Assembly (NCBI GenBank): GCA_009914755.4 | Contig: CP068257.2 | Coordinates: forward strand, 40,992,001-41,056,000 | Source: the human T2T-CHM13v2.0 reference genome, Homo sapiens | Reading direction: 5' to 3' | DNA length: 64,000 nt | Shown: one piece after another, positions 46,437-58,892 of the stretch | Position numbering within the stretch: position 1 is the stretch's first letter | Layout: each line of letters opens with the position of its first letter | Program-made: the position numbers and the translations under genes | Notes under the pieces: model-generated | Told to the model about the DNA's origin: nothing | Database searches by the model: none | What the model saw: only the letters and a program-made list of their open reading frames with translations

Positions 46437-46675
46437 AGCGTCCCCAGCCTCGTCCCCCCAAGGGTCCCCAGCCTCATCCCCACCCAGGGTCCCCAGCCTC
46501 AACCCCACCCAGGGTCCCCAGCCTCGACCCCACCCAGGGTCTCCAGCCTCGTCCCCACCCAGGGTCCCCAGCCTCGACCCCACCCAGGGTGGCCAGCCTC
46601 GACCCTACCCAGGGTCCCCAGCCTCATCCCCACCCAGGCTCCCCAGCCTCGACCCCACCCGGGGTCCCCAGCCTG
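46437..46675 (+). repeat. GC-rich minisatellite with a 25-bp unit, about 9 copies
   Basis: gggtccccagcctc(g/a)(a/t)ccccaccca repeats with a 25-bp period; ggg anchors fall at 46462, 46487, 46512, 46537, 46562, 46587, 46612, (46637) and 46662. Confidence 0.95.
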
Positions 46676-48034
46676 GCCCGCGGCCTGCCTGGCAGAGGCA
46701 GGAGGTTCCCTTCGTTTTTATCTTGATTCTGAGGAACGAACATTGGCTGCATTCCCGACAGCCGGGCCAGGAGCAGGGATGTAGGTTTAGGATACCAGGA
46801 GACCCTGGGGCTGATGTGGGGGGCACAGAGCAGGCGCCACTTCTGGAACCTTCCCCACCAAGGCTGTTCAGGACCAACGAGCATGACTGCAGGCAGAGCC
46901 AGGGGAAGGAAGGCAGAGAATAGGCATAATGCCCACCTAGGAAATAGGCACAAATGAAGACCCCACAACCTCCAACTTGGATGCGGAGTCAACCATTCCT
47001 CACTACCTGCACTGGTGAGGTCTGTGTGTCCACCTGGCCAGCCCGGGATGCCCAATAGCTGGGGATGCGCTGTTTCTGGGGGAGTCTGTGAGGTGCCTCT
47101 GGCTGAGACCAGCGTTTGCAGTGGTGGACTGTGGCGAGCAGATGCCTCCCTGTGTGCATGGGATCATGCAACCCCTTGAAGGGCTGAAGAGAACAAGAAG
47201 GCAGAGGAAGGAGGAACTTGCCTCTTTCCTCCCACCTGCCTGCTTGGGCTGGGACACTGGCCTTCTCCTGCCCTGGGACTGGGTCCCCACCATCAGCTCC
47301 CGGGTGCTGCCCTCAGGCTTGCACTGGAGCCACACCACCAGCTTTCCCGGGGCTCCGGCTTGCAGGCGGTAGCTGGCAGGACTTCTCAGCCTCCGTCCTC
47401 ATGTGAGCCAACTCCTCACTATTGGTCTGCTTCTCTGAAGGACCCCAACTCATGGGTCCACCTGACCGTGGTCCAAGTCCCATCACACTTTGCAAAGCTG
47501 ACTGCAGCTGCTGCTCACTGGCCTCCCTGCCTGGCCCCTTCCATGCACCCTCCTCCAGCATCCAAGAGGATCCTGTGAAAACCCACGTCAGACCATGGCC
47601 CTCTGCACCGCCTCCTGCAAGGCATGCAGTGGAGGAAGAGTGACCTCAAGTCACTCGTGTGACCACGCGGGGTTGCCCCCGTCACCTCTCTGACCTCACA
47701 GCCCACTACGGTCCCCCACAGCCCACTCCCTCCCTCCGCTCTGGCCACGTGGCCTCCTGCATAAGGCTGCTTCTGTGCCAGAACGTCCTTCCCTCTGACA
47801 CACACAGGCTCCTTGCTCCTAACACCTGTAAGATCCCTCCTCCTATGTGACCTTTTGCCTGGCCACTTTCTCTAAAATTCCAACTCCCTCACACTGCACA
47901 TTCCCTCACACTGCACATTCTATATCCCCTTCCCCGCAGGATTTTTCTTTTTTAGAGATGGGGTCTCACTATGGATTTTTCTTCTTTGCCTTAATTTTTA
48001 TCCAACACCCTACACATTCTATTTATTTATACCA

Positions 48035-48175
48035 TCGTGTCTGTCTTCCCCAGAGAATGCCAGCTTCTTCAGGCCAGGGATCTCTGCTTATTCTGTTCAC
48101 TACTGAATTCCCAGTGCCCAGAACAGCACCCAACACGCAGTAATGAGATTGTTGACGAATGGAAGACCGCACTGC
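48035..48175 (+). mobile_element. MIR-like SINE fragment
   Basis: tgtctgtcttccccagagaatgccagcttcttcaggccagggatctctgcttattctgttcactactgaattcccagtgcccagaacagcacccaacacgcagtaatgagattgttgacgaatggaag resembles the MIR 3' region from memory. A related short piece lies at 45246-45300. Confidence 0.45.
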
Positions 48176-49960
48176 TCCATGGGGATCTGGGAGAGGAAAG
48201 GGTTCCTCTCTAGGCAGCTGCTGAGGCCTCATCGATCCAGTATCTACACAGGGGTCCAGTCCAGCTCCTAAGAGTGCAAAGTAATTATAGATGCGATTAT
48301 TCTCCTGAGCACAGAATCAGCCAGGCAGTGTGAGGGGCCAGCCTGCACTGGTGCTGGACGCACACAGAGTCTCAGAGCCACACCCTCCACCTCCTGGGGA
48401 ACTGCCCTGCAGAACCACCCCCCATGGGCGGGCACTCGTCCTTCTGGGGCTCTTGGAGGAAATGGTTACAGAAGACTAGGCCAGATGACAATAAGGGATG
48501 GAGAATAACTAAGTGCCAAGCCAACGAGCCATCTGCTGGTAAGAACTCCATGCCAGGCAGCACAGGCGGTCCCAACAGCACGATCTCTGGATTAGCCCAA
48601 ATAGCATCGGAACATTTGACAACAAATTGAACTACTAGTAATAGTGCTCACTTCAATGAGCCGGGGACACAGTATCCCCATGGCGAGTCAGGTGGCCCGC
48701 TGTAACCACCCAGCTGGGTCTCCCCACCCCAAAGGCCTCCAGGCTGTCCCCTTCTCATCCTGTCACTTGAAAAGCAAAACTCATGGTGCCAAAGCTCTGA
48801 CACGGACTCCACTGGAGCTGTGGGCAGGGGGTGCCAAGGTACCGAGTTCCAAGCCGTTGTTATTTGAGAGCGTGCCCCCCGCCATGAGAGCAGGTGGGGG
48901 GACATAAAGTGACACAGGATGGACTGGCCAAAGGCTGAGGACGATCACTTACCTCACAGGATGATGCCACCCCCACGGACAGGCAAGGAGCTCTCACCTT
49001 CCCCAGGACCCCAGCTGCCACCAGAGCTCCAGATGGCCCTGGGGGTGTCTGTAAAGCCTGTGACCGTCCACCAGGTGGAGACCAGGCTGGCCAGGGGAGG
49101 GAGAGGAAGTGACCACTGGCCCTGGCACTGGCTGGCCGGCTCCAGCAGGCCCGAAGGGGAGGGAGGAGCCTGGGTGCACCAGACTCTCTCAATAAGCAGC
49201 ACCCAGACACTTAACAGATGGAAAGCGGTGGCTTGGAACTCACTTCCAACGAAACAATAGCACATGCTCCGGCTGGCTTTGACACTTGCTTCCAAAGGCG
49301 ACCTGCACCCAGGGCCAGGACCACGGCATCTGAGCCTCCTCCCCCAGCCGCCAACCCCATTCCCAATGGAGGAGCCCAGGAGAACTGGGGGCGGCCAAGG
49401 CAGCCCTTCCCTGCTCCGCAGATCCAGAGGATGCCCACAGCCCCCTTCCCCTCCCGCCTTTCCCACACTCCCTGTAGCAATTCACACAAGCGGGGAGGGG
49501 ACGAAACTGCTGAATCCAGCAGATAGCTTGTGGCGGGGTAATCCTCGGTCCGGCCCCATACAGGACAGAAATAAAATCGCCATTTCAGCTCCGGGCGCAG
49601 CTGGAGGAGGCTGACGCCCCCTAGTTAGGGGAAGGCTGTGGGTGACCGAGAAGGAACTTTTCCCGTTTTCTATTCAAATGAAATGAGGGTGGCGGTCGCA
49701 GCAGGGAGAGAGGAGCGAGGGGAGTTTTCCCGGCGGGGCTGGGGGGTCCACAGCGGCGCGGCCACGCTCAGCCCAGCGCTGGCTTAGGAGGGACGGGCTG
49801 CGTGGGGAGGCGACGGCTCCGGGCCGAAGGGGGTCGCTCAGGGCTCTGCACAGCTGTCCAGGGGGCATCGGGAGATAGGCAGCCGACCGGGGGCTGGAGT
49901 CAAGGGAAGAAGAAAGAGGGGGAAGGGAGGTGCAGGGAGTGAAGAGGAGGGGAGAGAGGA

Positions 49961-50020
49961 GAGACGGGGGAGGGAGGGGGGAGGGGGGAGGGGGGAGGGG
50001 GAGGGGCGGGCGGGCGGCCG
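49961..50020 (+). promoter_or_regulatory. PDE9A: G-tract run in the proximal promoter/5'UTR: (GGGGGGA)n then GGGGCGGGCGGGCGG; a G-quadruplex-capable motif with overlapping GC boxes
   Basis: gggagggaggggggaggggggaggggggagggggaggggcgggcgggcggccggg, about 250-300 bp upstream of the ATG at 50265. Confidence 0.7.
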
Positions 50021-50264
50021 GGAGGAGGAGCGCGCGAGCCGGAGTCGGAGCCCGAGCCCGAGCGCGAGCCGAGCGGAGGAGACCCTGCGGCACGCGGCGG
50101 CGGCTCCCGGGCGTCCCGGGCCCGGTGGCGGCGCGGCTGTGGTTGGCTGAGCGCCGCGGGCCGCCCCCCGCCCGCCCCCTCCCCTGCTCCCCTCCCCCGC
50201 CTCCCGCGGCGGCTGGCGTCGGGAAAGTACAGTAAAAAGTCCGAGTGCAGCCGCCGGGCGCAGG

Positions 50265-50333
50265 ATGGGATCCGGCTCCTCCAGCTACCGGCCCAAGGCC
50301 ATCTACCTGGACATCGATGGACGCATTCAGAAG
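50265..50333 (+). CDS. PDE9A: First coding exon (23 codons) of cGMP-specific phosphodiesterase 9A; it ends at the GT donor at 50334
   Basis: The ATG is in a strong Kozak context (gcgcaggATGG). It translates to [23 protein letters not shown], which I recognise from memory as the N-terminus of human PDE9A ([33 protein letters not shown]...). It is followed immediately by gtagcc (a 5' splice site) and sits inside a CpG island. The ORF-track entry 50265-50591 reads through into the intron. Confidence 0.75.
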
Positions 50334-51544
50334 GTAGCCCCTCCCCCACCCAGACACCCCCTCCTCCCCCCGGGTGACAGCGCCGGGGCCGGGCGCGGCG
50401 GGGCGGGACTGTCCGTGCGTCTGCCGGTCCAGGCTGCGGCCTCCGTGCGCTCCGCCAGCTCTGGTCGGGGGCGGGGGTCCCCACGCGCCGGCTCCCCGGG
50501 GAAAGGGGCGACTCGCCCTGGGGGGTGGGGGGTGGGGGGGCGGGCTAGTGTTTCCGTTTCACAGGCAGAGCTTTTCTTTTTGAAAATCTGATTAGGCTGA
50601 GTTTTTACATTCAAGGGCTGGCACATGAAGCCTTTAATTTCCGGTGGATCGGCCCGCCGGGCAGCCCCGGGGTCGTGGTCCGCGGAGGGGGCGAGCAGCC
50701 GCCGCTTCCTGTCGCGCGGGGGCAGGTGCGGGGGGCGCCGGCGGGGACACTGCTCCCCCGCAGGTGAGTAGCTCCGACTGCAGAGGGGGACTCGGGCCGC
50801 TGCACCTCCGGGGCCCCGCGGAGAGCCTGGGGGGCAGCGGGTCCGGCTCTCCCCTGCTGTGCGGAGATAGGAAGTCCCTCGAATGTCCAGCGTTCCTAGC
50901 GGACTTGAGTTACACGGGAGAGGGGTTCAGAATAGACCCCCTTTGTTCGTGGCCCCCTCTGACGGGCAGGGAGGGACAATGAGCGCGCCGGCTTGGAAGG
51001 GGCTCTCATGAGCTCCCCCTAAAGTCCCCAGGGAAAAGCCATTGTGAGGAAATCCCTCAAACCTCAGCTGGGCGTTTCAGGAAGCCCTTGCAGCTGCTTC
51101 TCACCTTTCTGCCCACGGAGTACTCCACTGAAGGAGGCCAGGGAGAGATGCCCCAGCCAGGCACAGAGCAGGTGCCGGCCAGGCTTGAGTCTTTCCTGTT
51201 CCCAGAGGTGCATTTGGCCAGTTTAATCAGTAGATTTAAGCCAACAAGCCTCCCTCACCCTGTGCCCGGCTTGATCCCCGTGAAATGGAAAGTACAGCCC
51301 TCTCCCACCGTAGCCCGCTTTGAGAGACTCAGATAACCGGGAGGAGGAAGCATCTTCAAGGACAGGTGGTCACCCCCTTATTTAATCAGTGCTGGGCAGC
51401 TGGGCAGCTGGGCAGCGGCAGACGCACAACTAGACCCAGGTCCCTGACTCCAGGACTAGGCGTCTGCAATTGCATGGGACTGTAACAGCCTCCTTTCTCC
51501 CCAAAGGAAGGAGTGGCCCTCCCTTGAATATGTCACTGCACCAG

Positions 51545-51681
51545 CATGCACACTCACACACACACACACATGCTCCAATGCTCACACATCCACTCACAAA
51601 CACACACACGCACACACGTGCATACACACACGTGCACATGAGCACACAGACATGCACACCACATAGGCACATGCACACACA
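51545..51681 (+). repeat. CA-rich imperfect microsatellite in intron 1
   Basis: cactcacacacacacacacatgctccaatgctcacacatccactcacaaacacacacacgcacacacgtgcatacacacacgtgcacatgagcacacagacatgcacacc... Confidence 0.9.
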
Positions 51682-54600
51682 CTTTTTCTGCCCGATAGAT
51701 GAGAATGTATCAAAGACCTGCCTTTAAAAGCAAAAGTCTTTTTAAAGTGAGTTGTCACCAGATCAACAGTAGCAGGTCCGTCCTAAGAACTTCCTAAAGA
51801 TGTCCCGGGAGCAGCTCTCTTGGAAGCAGGTGAAAAGTGGAGGAGAGCTTCAGGAGGGGTGGGAGGAGGACGCTGGGCATGGCAGGCCAGGCTGTTATTG
51901 TGGGCAGGGTAGCTTTTCACAGTGGACACGCTGAGGTTGGGGTGATCTCCAGAAAAGCAGCCTGCAGGTGGGCCCTGGGGAAGACATGGCATGTGGCACC
52001 TTTGCGGGGGAGAGGCGGATTGACTGCCAGCTCTACCACTTCCTGTACCACGAGCAAGCCCCTGGGCTCCCCAAGCTGGCATCCCCGTCCATAAAGAAGG
52101 GATAATAAAATCTGCTTTATAGACTGGAATGAGAAGGGAATGAGTGAATGTAAACACTGCCTGGAACACTGCAGAACACGATGAGCATTATTCTTCCCTC
52201 AGTTCCTTCCATAAACGTCCTTTTGTGGTGCAAACAGGGAGGCGCCAGACGGGTCTCCAACCCCCACCCCGCCCCCCATCTCCACGAGGTCTGTTGCTTG
52301 CTCCTGAGCTGCCCCCGCCCTCTGCCCCTTGCTGTGAACCCCGTTGGAAGCTCCTAGCTGGACTGTGAGTCCTGGTTGAAGCTGAATCGTTTGCCCAAGC
52401 CATGTGCCGGGCAAAGCATGATAACTTCTCGCTCACCTCCCAGGCTGCACACCCAGCAGTGCTGTCACGGATGGGTTGCACCGGGCTCAGCTGAGAGCAC
52501 TTTCAGTGCCGCTGCCATCAGCCGCCATTCCTTCTCTTAAAGTACCAGGCACTGGGTAAATCCTGGAATTTCCAGCGTGAATCTGTCTCCCTGCCATCCG
52601 CCCCATCTCCTCTCCATCAAAGGTCATGGAAACAAACCCATGTTGCTTCCTAGGAGGGAGCCCTGGGGGTCACTGGGTGCAGGAGATAAGGGATGTGTTG
52701 CTTTCCGTCACTGTGTTCGTCGGCACCACCTGGCCATGAGTCCTGGCGATGGGCACACCCGCCCCTTCGTTATCTCTGCTCTTTGTCCCTCTGGTTACCT
52801 GACCCCTGGCCATCTCAGTTTCCCCCTGAGACCGCAGAGACGGGGAGGAAGGAGGGAACATTAGAAACTGGGGGTTCTGCCGAGTTCTGTGCTCCGGCAA
52901 AGCTCCAGGTTGACAATCTGAAGTTGTCTGAGGGAGGCCCCGGGCAGCAAGTGCCGGTGTCTCCTGGCTTGGCCTTACCTGTGCAGGTAACCCTGCAGAC
53001 ATGCCCAGTGATTCAGAGGAGCCGCTGCAGCCACTTGGCGCCAGGCCAATGCTTTATTTATATGAAGAAAACTCCAGACACGCACAGGTGTCACATCACC
53101 AGAGTGACACAGTGGGAGTCAGCAACAGGAATTTGGGGGATTGTCTTCCCTCCTCAGGAGCTTTTCCTTCAGAGGTTGTGCAGAGGAAGCTGGGCGTGTG
53201 AAGTGAGTCGGAGGTTGCCTCCTGAGCCCTACACGAAGGCAGGACTCTGTGCCCTGGAGTCCAACTGAGGCTCCGTTTTCAGTGCTCCCCTCTCATCTCG
53301 AGAACCTTGGGTCAGTTACTTCACTCTGTGCCCCTGTGCTGCTGTGCTAATAATTAAATGGGATAAGGCAGATTGCCTGGTCAATGAGCCCGCCGTGTTT
53401 ATTGAGCATCTACTATGTGCTGAGTGCTGGGGTCCATGGGAAGCTGAGTGCTGGCGGAATGGGAAGGCAACTACAAATGATAAACAGCAGCAGACGTTGC
53501 AGGCTGGGTGGGCCAGCCCCGTGTGGGGCCTGATGAACAGGTTTTTTTCCCTGACGATCGGCTTTGCAGGCTTTGTGGGCTTTGTGGGGAAGGAGCCCTT
53601 TGTGCAGAACTGGTAGCCATGAGGATGGCCTGGTGAGAAGCTGCTGAAGGGCTGGGGACAGCCTCCACCCAGCCAGCAGCATCTGCACCGGCCTGTTCCC
53701 GTCATCTGTTCCTTGGCTTGCCAGGGTGCACAGATCAGGACTTGGCACTTCCCCAGCACCAGGTGAAGCCCTCCTGTCACCCCCAACCCCGTGTCTAGAC
53801 CCTCAGGTGGGCTGTTAAAGAAGGGGAGAGGTGGAAGCCAGGTCCCCAAACCTAGGGTGCTGAGGTCCTTGCTTCAGAGAGACTGTGTCCTCTAGGAGCT
53901 GAAGCGCTTCGTCTTTCCCCAGAGGATTCGTTTTTTCCTTTCCTCAGCTGCCCCTACCCTGGGGGGCCCTGGCTGCAGCACCTGCTCCTTTCTCTTGCCT
54001 ATGGAGAAAGGGTTTGCTCAGCTGAGCTGCCCATGGAGTGACAGGGACGACGCACTCAGCACTGGGGAGCTGGAGGGGGTCCCACCTGGTGGCACATCCA
54101 GGCTTGGGTTTGCCAATCTTCCGAATCGGGGAAGAGAGAGGCCTTTGGGACCCCTGGGCCAGGCTGTGGGCTCGGGTGTGGTGAGGAGCCACATCTGGGC
54201 AAGACTGAATGCTCCGGGGCCTCTGTGGTGCCACTGCCCTGACCTGGCGGCCCCCTCGGGACACTCGCACTGTGCGCGGCCTCCCTGGCGCCTCTGGGCT
54301 GTGGTGTTCTGGTCTTGGCCTTGCTCTGCAGCTGGAACCCAGGTCTGAACACATCGGTGGCCGCTTGAGTTTGCGGGGCTGTTTCTACTGTAAACCAGAG
54401 CAGTGAATGCGCACAGCCCAAAGGGAGGAGCCGCGCTAGAAAGTGTTCAAGCGTCCGCAGAAGTCGGCTCCCAGTTCTTAATAGTTTGCCACCCACCGTG
54501 GCTACGCCACACCTACGCTTGCCTCCACCCGACCTATGCCTGCCCCCTTCACATGCGGGAGCCCAGGGCTCCGTGCCCTGGGCAGCTGGTGGGGTCTGCC

Positions 54601-57413
54601 CAGGCCTTCTCGTGATGCTTCCACCCAGCCTGGTCCTGGCACCCAAGGCCAACCTCTGCGGGCCCCAGAGCTGTGCCTTTTTGGCTCAGGTCCTCCCCGC
54701 AGTGCTTGGAGTCCAGGCCTCTGCACCCTGCTGGGGTGGTCTGTGGTCCTGGCCCAAGGGAATGTCGCTCCCTGCTGCCTGGTTCTACTGATCTGTCCTG
54801 TTCAGGCCCCTCTGCCTTCATTTCTTGCTTTGGCACAAGCATGAGCTGCTGTTTCCCCCAGCTCCTCAGGGGAGAGGAGTGCACTGCCCCAACCTTGTCT
54901 GGTGTGGTTAGCATGGTGGGGCCTTAAGCCCTACCCGGCTCCTGCGTGCCTTTCCCCTCTCCTGCCCACGACATGGTCAAATGCAAACCTCCTTTCATTT
55001 TAGAAGGCATGGGCTGCTCAGCCCACACGCGCAGTGCCCTTTCCTGTGGCTGCAGGCATCTCTGCTCAATTGTGCAGGGCTGCGTCCCCCGGCCACACTG
55101 ACTCCTCTCCAGGTTTCTCGGCTCCAGCACCACTGTCTGCGCCCTCCTTCCCAGGTGGACGGCGGCTCTCCTCGCCATCCTCTCCACTTCCAGCCTATCA
55201 TCTGTCTGCCTGTTACATGTTTGTAACTTTTGACCTTTAAATTGGTATAAAAATGGTACTGTAAGTTCACTGAACCAAGAAAATCTGCTGAAGGAAGGGG
55301 GTCAGTCACACCCTTTTGGGGTTTCCAGTGTATGAATGGAGGGGGTGGCGGTGGTGGAGGGACAGGGAGCAATGAGAGTTGCCAGCCTTATTGCTGTCCT
55401 GACCCCTGGCTGGGGACGACTCCCCTGTCTCCACCTGAATTGAAGCTGGGCTGTGAAAAGTAGTAAGAACCCTCGGTTTTTGGTTCCTTTTTCAACCAGC
55501 AATCAGCCATGAAGTGCCTGACCACTTGAGAGCTACAGCAGGTGCTGTCTCGGAGAGGGCACAGGAAACTGGGCCCTTCCCAATTTTAGCCCAAGGGTGC
55601 CGAAAAGTCAGGGAGCTGCTGGCCTCCACACTCCTTCCCATTGGTGTGGTCCGAATTCCCCTTTAGCCAGACATTTCCAATGTCCAGAGGCCCAGGAGGG
55701 GACAGCTGGAAGCCAGAAGCCCACCTGACGCCATCAGGAATTTCCATGAATGACCTGGAAACCTCTCAGACTAAACCAATGCCGCCCAATCTGGGAATCC
55801 AGGAGGGCTGGTCCCATAGAGTGGTGGGGACATGGTGCTGAGACGGACAGCCTCGCCTCATCCGCCTTTCCCACTTGCCAGCCGGGAGGCCTGGGCAAAA
55901 TCACTTTCTCCCCAGGGAAGTGGAGGCTCACTGTGCAGTCCACGCGGAGCAATGGGGTGAAGTTTCCAGAGCAGGGCAGGGCATGTGGGGAGGCTCAGGA
56001 ATGCCACCCTTGCCCTCAGGCCTGGGCACAGCATAGCCCCCATGACGCTTCTCTCATCCTGGACCCATCAGCCCGGAAGACTCTGGAAGCAGCAGTGGCA
56101 GCACCTTCCTGTCACTTGTCTTGTCACTCCCCGAGTCCACTGTGAGCTAGAACCACAGGCTCCCATGAAGAAGGAGCCAGAACCACAGGCCCCATGAGCC
56201 CAGGTCCCACAGCCCGCACCTTCGTCTTCCAGCCAGCCTCTCCGGAGCTCAGTGTGGGTGGAGGGGCTGTCTGGCCTCAGAAATGGGCAAAAGACAGCTC
56301 TCGTTGTCAGCGAGGTAAATCTAGCGCAGAGGAAGGGCACACTGTCCCCGTCAGACGCCTCAGATGAACTGACATGCAAATGAGAGATGAAACGGGGACG
56401 AGCCGGGCAGCTGATCTCAGTGCAGCAACTGGGACACCTCGGGGCATAAGCCGGGCAGGGAGGCGGCAGGAACTGGGCCCCAGGGGGCCAAGACTTCCTG
56501 AGAGGCTGGGCCCGGTAGCCCAGTCCTGGGCTTGCTTCCCAGGGGGTGGTGGGCAACCCTGAACCCTCTCTCACCCAATCACCTGCTCCCCTGGGTGCAG
56601 GTGACCCAGCAAGCCGCACTCCTGGGAAATTTCAGAAGGTTTTGGGCAAGAAGGGCCCAGAGAGCCCCCAGAGACCAGACAGCACAGCCCGATAGCTGGG
56701 CCTGCCCCAGACAAAGCGTGTCTGCACTCCTTGGCTTTCTCCCCAGACAAACCCACCCTGAGCTCAGGATCCCTCCAGCTTCCAGGAGCAGGTGCGGGGC
56801 CTGCAGGGACGGCTCGCAGAGAAGGCAGTTTGCGAGTCAGTGCCTGGCTTGTGGAGGTTGAGACCAAGGCCAGTTGGGTGCTTGCATTTCCAGGGGTCCA
56901 AATATTTTTGAGAAGAAAATGTTCTAAGAAAGTGCACAGGGTGGTGGATGAAAGACCACGCTCTGGGTACCGTGTACACCGCTCGGGTGACAGTGCACCA
57001 GAATCTCAGAAATCACCACTAAAGAACTTACCCATGTAACCAAACACCACCCCTTCCCCAAACACTATTGGAATTAAAAAAAAAAAAAAAGATTAAAATG
57101 GTTAAAAATAGAAAGTGCACAAGCAAGGGTCCATCTGCAGGAGTTGGAGGAGCGCATGCCTGTATTCCTGGCACTGCGGGCACAGTCATGCCATGGGCAC
57201 CAGGGACGCCCAGTGCACTCAGCCACCCAGGGGTGGCTCCCAACATTTTCAAGCTCAAAAAGAAATATTTTCACTTGAGGGTGCAACTTATTTGTCTTGA
57301 ACCCATCCCTGACTGCCTGTCTCCCCCCTCACCCTGACCACATCTCCCCAAATCCCGAAGCTGGTCACGCAACGGGAGCATTGGCCCTGAACAGAAACCC
57401 GCAGTACCCCTGA

Positions 57414-57778
<365 letters not shown>

Positions 57779-58419
57779 TTTTTTTTTTTTTTAATTTTAA
57801 ATTGTGGTAAAATATATGAACAATAAACCCTCCCTCCCCATCCCCCTCCCCCAGCCCCTGACCCCCACTGTACATTCCGCTTTCTATCTCCATGAAACTG
57901 CTGAGTGCGGGGACCTCACAGAAGTGGAATCACACAGGATCGCCCTGCTGTGCCTGGCCTCCTTCACTCGGATCATGCCCTCAGGTGCATCCATGTTGTA
58001 GCACGTGTCCGAATTTCCTGCCTTTTTAAGGCCGAGCGGTATTCCATTGTGTGCGTGGACCACATTTTGTGTTTCCATTCAAAACGGATGAATCGATGAA
58101 ACTGCCTGATATTTTTAAAGCCTCAGTCATTTTCATTCTTAGTTCTTCAGTTTGCAAAGGGCCGGCCTGTTGTGATGGGTTTATTGTTGCATCTTCTGAA
58201 AAACTTTGTGAGTTCCCGAAGGCCTCTCCACGTCTTGAGTCATGGCTGTGCTGCTTTGCGAAGCTGTGTGCATGTCTGTGGTGTAGCCTGTGTACAGCCT
58301 GTGATGCGTCGCAGCGGAAGGGTAGGGGGCTGCCCAGGGAAGACAGATGCGCCAGGTTCCGCTCCACGGAGCTCAGCTACCAGCCCTGGTGGAGAGCGCA
58401 GATGGGGCCGATTTGTCAT

Positions 58420-58610
58420 TTGTCTGCGCTTGAGCCCAGCAGCTGTGTGGCCTCCCTGGGGCAAGTCATTCACCCTCTCTGTGCCTCAGTGTCTCTGTGA
58501 AGTGGGGGGAAGTTTTTGGAAGATTAAGTGGGCTAATACGCGTCAAATGCTAGAACACACTGGCACTTGGTAAATGCTATATAAGTGTTATCATTTTTGT
58601 TTGTTTATTA
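58420..58610 (+). mobile_element. MIR SINE fragment
   Basis: ctgtgtggcctccctggggcaagtcattcaccctctctgtgcctcagtgtctctgtgaagtgggg...gattaagtgggctaatacgcgtcaaatgctagaacacactggcacttggtaaatgctatataagtgttatcattt matches the MIR core (ctgtgtgaccttgggcaagtcacttaacctctctgagcctcagtttcctcatctgtaaaatgggg...agcgcttagaacagtgcctggcacatagtaagcgctcaataaat). Confidence 0.7.
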
Positions 58611-58892
58611 TTTATTTATCCATGTCATGGATTTAAGGCAGTCTAATCTCAGTGCCTGGTGGAGACCCGGGCGCCACCCCCCCAGGTTGTCAAGTGGTCC
58701 CTGTGCCTCCCACTATCGTCCCCAGCACGGTGCCGTGTCCGGGCGTGCGTGAAGGGCCAGCTCACCTCACAGCTCTGCTTCCCAGGTTAGCTCCCATCCA
58801 CCCTCCCCCTACCTGTTTCCTCACCGAAGGAAGGGGCAGAAAGATGCCCTCCATGCCCCTTCCGACTGTTGCAGAGGGATGGAGGACTATGG

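Larger units (their letters stand above)
49540..50960. promoter_or_regulatory. PDE9A: CpG island spanning the promoter, 5'UTR, first coding exon and start of intron 1 of the downstream gene
   Basis: A sharp rise in CpG density and G+C content (cggtcgcagcagggag...ggcggggctggggggtccacagcggcgcggccacgctcagcccagcgctgg...cgagccggagtcggagcccgagcccgagcgcgagccgagcgg...), standing out from the CpG-depleted flanks. Confidence 0.85.

Noticed and set aside
46371-46784. 137-aa proline-rich ORF (PSLVPPRVPSLIPTQGPQP...)
   Set aside because: It translates the 25-bp GC-rich minisatellite, and the repeat periodicity explains the peptide.
49674-50484. Minus-strand ORFs of 194-227 aa (Pro/Arg/Ala/Gly-rich) overlapping the PDE9A promoter and exon 1
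   Set aside because: GC-rich CpG-island sequence is intrinsically stop-poor. The composition is low-complexity, and I know of no protein that matches. Antisense to a known exon.
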